A DNA stretch of 63,160 bases, the filler included, from Lenisia limosa (lineage: Eukaryota > Protista > Breviatea), in the NCBI GenBank assembly GCA_001655205.1. It is 5 parts of 5 records of this genome, joined end to end, with 100 filler letters (N's around TTAATTAATTAA, not from the genome) between each part and the next. Parts side by side here need not be neighbours in the genome. Positions count along the whole stretch, not along the records: positions 21,217 to 39,782 come from LPNZ01010742.1; 4 more parts are not named here. One strand, given 5' to 3'. The notes beneath the pieces are model-generated. The model ran no database searches. It was given only the letters and a program-made list of their open reading frames with translations, and was not told the DNA's origin. Of this stretch, positions 27,301-36,300 are shown one piece after another. The first letter of the stretch is position 1. Every line of letters begins with the position of its first letter. The position numbers and the translations under genes are program-made.

Positions 27301-30300
27301 AGAGTCACAACCTCAAACCGCTGCTGGTCCACTCGAGTCTTGAGGTATCTACTGAGCTGTTGACTGTACAGCTGTAGAAGGACTGGTTGAACGCAGGCGA
27401 ATAAAATCCTAGTGGAACCGGGAGACACACGCTACTTCATGAGAAACGCAATTCAATGATATGTTGTTTCCAATACACTACGGCGCATCGACTTAGAATT
27501 CTTGTGAAAACGTTGGAATTACCATATTTTACATGGTAATCCCATGGAATTTTATGGTAATTTGAAGAAATTTATGGATTCCCAAATAATACAAGGGAAT
27601 CCCGTGTCCATGCGCAGCGCAGAAGCCATCCACCATCACATTTATTTATTATAAGAGAATTATAGTATTATACTAATTCACTCAGTAATTTACCTTACAA
27701 CTCGGTGCATGCCTGCCTCCCAGATTAATTATCGCCGCCAGCCCTCAATAGATTATTTGTTTCATGCACTGCCGCCAGCCCTCAATAGATTATTTGTTTC
27801 TACTACCGCCAGCCTTCAATGCAATAGCTCCCAAAAAACGCATTGCCAACCTCTGCTTGCTGTCAAAGAAATAATCCTGGAGTCGGCATATAACCGGGCA
27901 GTCTGCATCGTGTNNNNNNNNNNNNNNNNNNNNNNNNNNNNNNNNNNNNNNNNNNNNNNNNNNNNNNNNNNNNNNNNNNNNNNNNNNNNNNNNNNNNNNN
28001 NNNNNNNNNNNNNNNNNNNNNNNNNNNNNNNNNNNNNNNNTAACAAACACGAGCAAAACGCTAAAACAAGACAAAAACCGACTGGGGGGCGGGTAAAATT
28101 GGAAAATATATGAATCAAAAAAAAAAAATATCCCAAATCAACTCTGGTCTGACAACACAGAAGGGTTGATAACAACAAAACAAATAAAGCCCAGACCAGT
28201 CGCTTCTGCAGCACCGCATTCGATTATGCGTAGAAAAAAATTCCCCGTCACGGTTTTTTGATTGAAAAAAATACTGTTTGGAAGAGGGGCAGTCAAATAC
28301 AGTGTTGATCGAAAAATCGGTTGGAGAAATGGGGAGGCTAAAAATTCATCACGAAAAATACGTTCAGAGTGTAAAAGTAGGGCTCCGTGTAATTAATTTT
28401 TTGAGGAAGTTAATTGTCAAAATTGAAAATTTAAAGTATCTGGAATAGGGTCATCATTACAATATGTCCGACTATATTTTGAAATAAAATTTTCAATTAG
28501 TTGCACTGACCCCTAGTAAAAAGCTTACATAAGGGTTTCTTGGTTCGCAGTCTTGAAGAGNNNNNNNNNNNNNNNNNNNNNNNNNNNNNNNNNNNNNNNN
28601 NNNNNNNNNNNNNNNNNNNNNNNNNNNNNNNNNNNNNNNNNNNNNNNNNNNNNNNNNNNNNNNNNNNNNNNNNNNNNNNNNNNNNNNNNNNNNNAAAAAA
28701 AAAAGAAGTTGTATCTGGCCGAAGCCGCCCACACCATCACGCCTTTAAGAGATATTGGATTATGGTAACATGCGTTTTGCCACAGTCTATTAGATCAGTA
28801 CAAATTTAGGGCTTACAGGATAGTCAAGGCCGTATTTCCCTTTTGGAATAGTCTCACAGCTGTCCGTTTCAGTTAAGTACTTGGTGGGATCAATGCACCC
28901 CTAGATAATCAAATGTGATTTGGAGTTCTGAAGATAACATATTTGTTAAAAAATAAGAAGTATAAGAGAGGAAGGAGGCTGGGAGTGAAACAAAAAACAA
29001 ATCAAATATTTAATTGGTTTTGCCAGATAATCCTAATCTTGATAGTTTGATCTTATACTATATTGATATATTGATATGTACATATTATGTATCTCGAATA
29101 TTATATGCTCGCGGCCCTAAATTTGGTCATTAATTGTTTTTTTGAGCTTTAAAGCCGCAGAAACCAATTTTTAGCCCAGTTTTCATACCACATTTAATTT
29201 CTGGGTTGTTTTGAGTTTTTCAAAAAAAAATTTCACGCACAACATTTCAGATGAATTACATGCGTTTTTCCGACTAAAAAAGTTAGTGGCCAGTATAAAC
29301 GACTCGTAAATTTAGCGGAATCCAAGGCTAAACAAGCAAGTTGCAGATAAAAATCATCGCTTGAAAAGCATACCAAAAGATAGCTACGAGTTATAGAAAG
29401 TTGTTTCCGCTATGTAAACTCCCGAATGTCGAGAAAGCTGTCAAAGATGTTAATAAAACACTTATTTTTGGAATTTTCCGTTGTTTTTCCATATAAGGCA
29501 AGTCCTTTCGGTAGTGAGAGAAATTTTTACAGGAAAGTGTTGATTTTTATCTGCAACTTGCTTATTTAGCCTTGGATTCCATAAATTTACTTGAGTCGTT
29601 TATAATGGCCACAAGCTTTTTTAGTCGGAAAAACGCATGTAATTCATCCGAAATGTTGTGCGTGAATTTTTTTTGAAAAACTCAAAACAACCCAGAAATT
29701 AAATGCGGTATAAAAACTGGGCTAAAAATTGGTTTCTGCGGCTTTAAAGCTCAAAAACAAACAATTAATGACCTAATTTAGGACTGCGAGCATATATGTA
29801 CATAGCTGTATCATCGTATATCATATATAATATGTAAAAATGAGAAGTAACTCAAGGTTTTATCTGGCCAAAGTCGTGCTATTTCTTTGACAGCATTCTT
29901 GATCATCCTTCTAATATTATACTTTTTTGCTCATTATGATCCCAAAAGCTTCAGCCTACCCTTGAGCAGAGAGTGTCAGAGATTGTGAACGTCAGCTCAG
30001 GTGTGANNNNNNNNNNATCTGAATGATGTAAGGGAAGGGTTGGGAAAACAAATTAGAGCATAATAGACCCGTTTTAATTATCATATATCATATAGCTAGG
30101 TATGATATAGCTATACGATTGTATAGGTGTGTGTGTGTGGGATAAACCATGTGGTCCTTTCCCACGGTTTTCAGCTGTGGCAATGAGACGCATCATATCT
30201 GAAGCAAATACCTGGGAAAAGGTGAGAGGAACGCAGTTTTGTCATTATCCAAATAACGAAGAATTGGGGATGGGATGGTGTTGATTGAATGTTTGGGAAG

Positions 30301-33300
30301 TCAACCGAATTCTTCTGAATACCAACAAGCTGATAATAGTCCTCCCCCCTCTCACTTCATCATTTGAAATGATACTTCTGGCGGATAGTGAGTATGTGCA
30401 GTTGTCAACTCCTCCTCCTATGCAATAAAAAAGTTTCTTGTGAACACCGCCATCCTAGGCAGAGTCACATAGCCTCAAACCGCTGCTGGACCACTCGAGT
30501 CTTGAGGTATCTACTGCGCTGTTGACTGTACAGCTATAGAAGGACTGGTTGAAAGCAGGCGAATAAAAGCCTAGTGGAACCGGGAGACACAAGCTACTTC
30601 GTGAGAAACGCAATTCAATGATATGTTGTATCCAACACGCTGGAGCGCATCGCCTTGGGATTCTTGTGAAAACGTTGGAATTACCATAATTTACATAGGA
30701 ATCCCATGGAATTTTACTGAAATTTGAAGAAATGTATGGGATTTCCAAATAACATCAGGGAATCCCAAGTCGATGCGCCGCAGTGCAGAAGCCATCCACC
30801 ATCACATTTTTATATTATAGGAGAATTTACTCAGTAATTTACCTTACAACTCGGTGCATGCATGCCTCCCAGATTAATCATCACCGCCAGCCCTCAATAG
30901 ATTATTTGCTTCATGCACTACCGCCAGCCCTCAATAGATTATTTGCTTCCACTACCGCCAGCCTAAAATGCAATAGCTCCCAAAAGATGCATTGCCAACC
31001 TTTGCTTGCTGTCAAAGAAATAATCCTGGAGTCGGCATATAACCGGGCAGTCTGCATCGTGTNNNNNNNNNNNNNNNNNNNNNNNNNNNNNNNNNNNNNN
31101 NNNNNNNNNNNNNNNNNNNNNNNNNNNNNNNNNNNNNNNNNNNNNNNNNNNNNNNNNNNNNNNNNNNNNNNNNNNNNNNNNNNNNNNNNNNNNNNNNNNN
31201 NNNNNNNNNNNNNNNNNNNNNNNNNNNNNNNNNNNNNNNNNNNNNNNNNNNNNNNNNNAATTTATGAAATAAAATAAAGTTTAAAATGCAGAAGTGTGTT
31301 TAACAACGGTTTTATTTCAGAAATAACAAAGGTTGCGTAGAAATAAGAAATAAGGTTTACCCTTATTTCGAAAATCAATTCACGGGCTATCTAAGTCCCC
31401 TAATTAGATTTATACTTCTACATTCACTTTACTTTTAGAGCCTCTATCGTCAAATTTTTGAGCTATTTTGGTATCTACAAAAGCGTGCCCGCTCGCCATT
31501 TTGGCCCCTCAACCGCAGCCTGCTGCCAAGACCAGGAAGACCAAGAAGACCCAGAAGAAGAAGGCTGCTGCATCTGAGGCTGAGGAGAAGGCTTCTACCG
31601 TTGCTTTTGACGATGACGATGACTACTATGATCTCGAGGAGGTCGAAGAAGTTCGTCAATTATTGGATTGATTTAAGCTTACGCAACACAATTCAATATG
31701 GATAGACTACTTAAAAGTGAACTTGAATATTGGATGAAAGGACCTTTAAACTTGCCTTATTAGGAAGTTAGGGAGAAATTAGCCTTGTGCCCGCCAAAAA
31801 TATGGGTATATTGTATATTTATTCATATCACCCCCCCCCCCTTGTAACCATCTGATAATTCAGAGGAATTTCCGACAATGTGCTCCCAAAGATTAAGGAC
31901 GAGGAGGCGCACAATACCCTCGTCCTGGCCCTCCGAGGTATCATTCATCTGGGACAATAACTTCCGAGTATTTGGCTCTTATATTCAGAGCTTGAATCTG
32001 GTATCCGCCAAAGACGCGTTGAACAACAATAATATATCTTAGGTGGTCCCGTGGATGTTGTAAACAGAAGTTCATTCAGTTCTCCTGTTTCGGGAAGGTT
32101 AAAAAAGGCAAAAAGTAACACGGGCCGGACTAACCCAGAGCTAGGGGTTTCAGCCGCCTGCTGGTTTAGCCCAGGGCTCTGCTCCAAAGATATCACCTTG
32201 GTCTTGTTGTTAAGGAGATTAAAGTAGGTAAAATTATGCTCTGTTAACATGGCCGGAGAACGTAAGAAAGGTAAGCCCTTGTCGAAATGATATTTCAACT
32301 CGGACACCGGATGTACAAGGGCAACTTGCAGCCATAAACATGCGTGCTTAAATTGTAAGCGCCAGGGACACCCCGTGAAATCCTGTTTCAAGGTTAAACA
32401 GGGCCCCAATAAGGCTGATCAGTAGTTAGTAAATGCATGTTGTTTCTCAATCTTTCCCGGTGCAAGTCTCATGAAGATGAGGGTGCAATAACAGAACAAC
32501 TTTGACAATACACAGGGCTCCGAAGGACCGAAGACAGGAGTTTATATGTCTCAATGGCCGACTACAATGCTTATTACGGTTCCAGTATGCGAAAGGCGAA
32601 TGACCCATGGGAAGGTGAAGAATTATGAGATCGTCAACTAGCACCCTCCCCTCTACTTCCTTATTACAAAATCAACCCGATGATTATGGACCAAGAAATA
32701 GAAAAATCTCATTTTCAAGAGCGAGATGTTGTTTCCGCAATTCTGTGGAAAGGTACTGATCTGGGTATTAAGGACTCTGCTGTTACACGTAACAAGGTAC
32801 AAAATTGGCCAAATGCCGAAGTCAATACGAAATTAATTTCTGAAGCCTCTAAGATATTGAAAAAGTCCTGTACTGTCGTTGAGGTTGCGTCTCTCCCTGC
32901 GAGGGCAAATATTAACCCTGTCGGTGTGGTGATCAAAGAGATTCCACATCTGAAAAAGACAAAGATTCGTCCAATTTAGACGGCTCCTTTTTGGCTGAAG
33001 AAACATTGAAGCGAACGTTTAACTTGGATCGAACATCTGGTCTTACCCAAATGCTGCAACCTGGATATCGATATGTGCTTTTCTCAGCAGATATGGAAAG
33101 CGCATTCAATCTGCTACCCATTCGTGAGTCAAGCCAAAAATGGATGCACTGCAAGACCCCGGATGGTAAGATCTTCCTTTTTCGCTTTCTACCCGTTGGG
33201 TTCCAAAACTGTCCTATTTTGTTCGACGTAATCTCACGTGATGTCCAATCTGGCCGTTGGGCAAAGGAAGGCGAAATTTTGACTGAGTTTCCCATATGCT

Positions 33301-36300
33301 GAACTCTACCTCTGTATATTTCACTCAGGATGAACTACTTTTTGCTCACCATATGGGATTCCGACAATGGTCCAAAATACCAAGATAGTGGCAAAGATGT
33401 ATCTGCCCAACAATTCATTTTCAGCACCGCCAAAAATGCTGTCAAAATAGATGGAAATAACCCATTTTGTTTCATCGAAAATTTCTTTCGGAAAGGACAT
33501 TAGGTAGTCTAGTTCATCCTGCAACTCGCATGACTGTCTTGGGGGTGGAATTGGATACTCCGTCCATAACTGCCCGTCTCCCCAAAGGCAAGATACAGGC
33601 GTATTTACATCACCTGAACTATGCAATCAACTCACCCCTTGCTGTGAAGTCGCTACAATCTTTAGCTGGAAAGCTAGCCTGGGCCGCCCGTGTTATTCCT
33701 GCAGGCCGGCCCCTCACTAAGTCTATCCATAATGAGATCAGCCGGATCCACTCTTCTTCATCAGCTGTTGAAGCCTCGGAGGATGCCAAGATCGGAATGA
33801 AGTATTGGATTAATCTCTTGAATAATCCCCACTGGTTAGGTATCATAACGTTGGACCCTCCGAAACGCCTCACGGACCAGGACATTCCTCTCTGGTGTAG
33901 TGACGCCAGCATGATCGGTGGCTATTGTGTACAGTCAAAGCGAAAATTCCTGTTGAATGCAAAGACTTGCACATTAATGTACTTGCGTTGATAGCAGTAT
34001 AGGCCGCATTTATGATTTTTGGCAAGAATCTTCCAACAAACTCCAGCATTTTAGCGGGGTGTGACAATATGAGCGCAATCTCTTGGTTTCATAAAGGTGG
34101 TGCCTCACCTTCCCTCCAAAACTCTCGGGTAGCGAATGCTATTTGCTTCTCGCTAAACCCTCTTGTTATGTCATTACAATGCATCATGCACCTGACATAC
34201 ATCCCGACTGCTGATAACAAGCTTGCGGACGCTGCCTCACGCAATGATTTGTTTGCTTTATGCGGAAGTATGGACTCTTGCTTAGTCACGCAATTTATCT
34301 TTCTTCCCACCATCTTGGCTTCAGTAATGTTAGCTTGTTGTTTCTGAATATGTTTCGGTGGTATGTAGATGTATGGAAGATGCTGTTTAAATTTATGTGT
34401 TCAAATTCTGTAGATTCTTTGTTCAATAGAGCTGTAGCTAATATTGCCTCGTGTAAAGTATTTATTGAAATTGGCTCCACTCCAAAAAAAAAGTAGTGCA
34501 TTCATGAGTTATTGGCCCCACTATTGACTGGAGCGGAGTCATTTAGGTGTGTCGTTTATGATACTTATAATGCGCAAATTATTTGTCTTTGAGACTGAAA
34601 TTTATTAATTTGCGTTGTTTTACGAGGTAGACTATGCTGCCAAATTGGAACAGAGACGCCAGCAAATCAAACTCATGGGTGTTAGACAAACCACCAAAAA
34701 GACATATGGAACCGCCGTCAGGATATATAAAGATCTCTGTTCAAACCTGGGATATAATGAGATGCCCATGTCAGAGTACACGGTAAGGACCTTATTAGCA
34801 ACCTAATACTCCCCAGATTGAGCTCTGGATAGCAGAAGTCTCTACATCGACCAAGAGTCCTCAGACTATCGCTGGATATGTTTCATCTTTGGCGAGATAC
34901 GCTCTTGAGAATGGACAAGAGCATCCAACAAAAAACCGTTTCGGTCCAGCTTCAATGGTCAAGAACCTCCAACAAGAGCTAAGGAAAACTCATGAGAACA
35001 AACTGTTGGAGTCTGTTTCGAGAAAGGAGAATGGCATTTCCTTCGTTTCAGCCTTTAAAAAGAACTCCAATAAACCTTTGACTTATCGTTACAGAATGGC
35101 GTTTAAGAGGGACTTGTCCGGTTAGGGCTCTTGGCCAATTATTCGAGCAATCAAAGGCAAACGTCAAGAACACCCACCATGCCCTTTTTGTATGGCCATC
35201 TGGGAGTATACTTCGAACCAGAGCCATGTATGATATCCGTAATGACCTCATGAGAAAGGGATTATCCGAGAATAAAGCCAAACTGTACACCATTCATTCC
35301 TTCCGCTACTGCAGCGTCACTGATATGACTGGCACAGATGAAGAGAAAATTAAGAGGGGCGGCAATTCAACAAAGAATNNNNNNNNNNNNNNNNNNNNNN
35401 NNNNNNNNNNNNNNNNNNNNNNNNNNNNNNNNNNNNNNNNNNNNNNNNTGACAAATTACAAAATCTTTAAATTTGTATATGTGGGATAAAAAGCGCAAAT
35501 CAACTCTGTTGGCTGACAACACACAAGGGTTGATAACAACAAACCAAATAAAGCCCAGACTAGTCACTTCTGCAGCACCACATCCCATCGTAAAATGTAT
35601 CTAAAAGAATTCCCCGTATAATATGGTTTTTTGATTGGAAAAAAAATACTCTTTGTAAGAGGGGCAGTAAAATACAGTGTTTATCGAAAAATAGGTTGGA
35701 GAAATAGGGGAGGCTAAAAATTCATCATGCAAAATACGTTCAGAGGCACCTTGAAATTCATTTTTTGAGGAAATTAATTGTCAAAATTGAAAATTAAAGT
35801 GTCTTGAATAGGGTTCTCGTTAAAACATGTCCGACGATATTTTGAAATAATTTTTTTTCAATTAATTGCACTGACCCCTAGTAAAAAGCTTACATAAGGG
35901 TTTCTTGGTTCGCAGTCTTGAAGAGTCTCATAAGTCTGCAGGTGAGAATTGCAGTAAAGCACGGGCGTGTACGTGGGGGAGGGGGGGGATACAAGTGTGA
36001 AAATAGTTCCAAGGTTTTATCTGGCTGAAGCCATCCACACCATCACGCTATTGGAATTGGCCGAAGCAGTCTATTTGAGTATATCATATATAGTAATGAG
36101 AAATAAAAATAAGTTGTATCTGGCCGAAGCGTCCACACCATCACGCTTTTAAGAGATATTGGATTATGGTATCATATTAATTCACCCAATCATTTGCCTT
36201 ACAACTCTGTGAACACAGCTTTCTGCGCGCCTCCCCACAGTCTATTAGAGTAGTACAAATTTAGGGCTTACAGGATAGTTGAGGCCGTATTTTCCTTTGG

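Larger units (their letters stand above)
31275..35487 (+). mobile_element. DIRS/Ngaro-like tyrosine-recombinase retrotransposon, copy 2 (4.2 kb, degenerate)
   Basis: gag-like ORF with IWDNNFR and Cys/His motif FNSDTGCTRATCSHKHACLNCKRQGHPVKSC (~32290-32390); RT (KIRPI/DGS, ADMESAFNLLP, LPVGFQNCP, LGVELDT, LQSLAGKL); RNase H (CSDAS, CDNMSAISW, YIPTADNKLADAASR); YR (TIHSFR). Confidence 0.9.
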
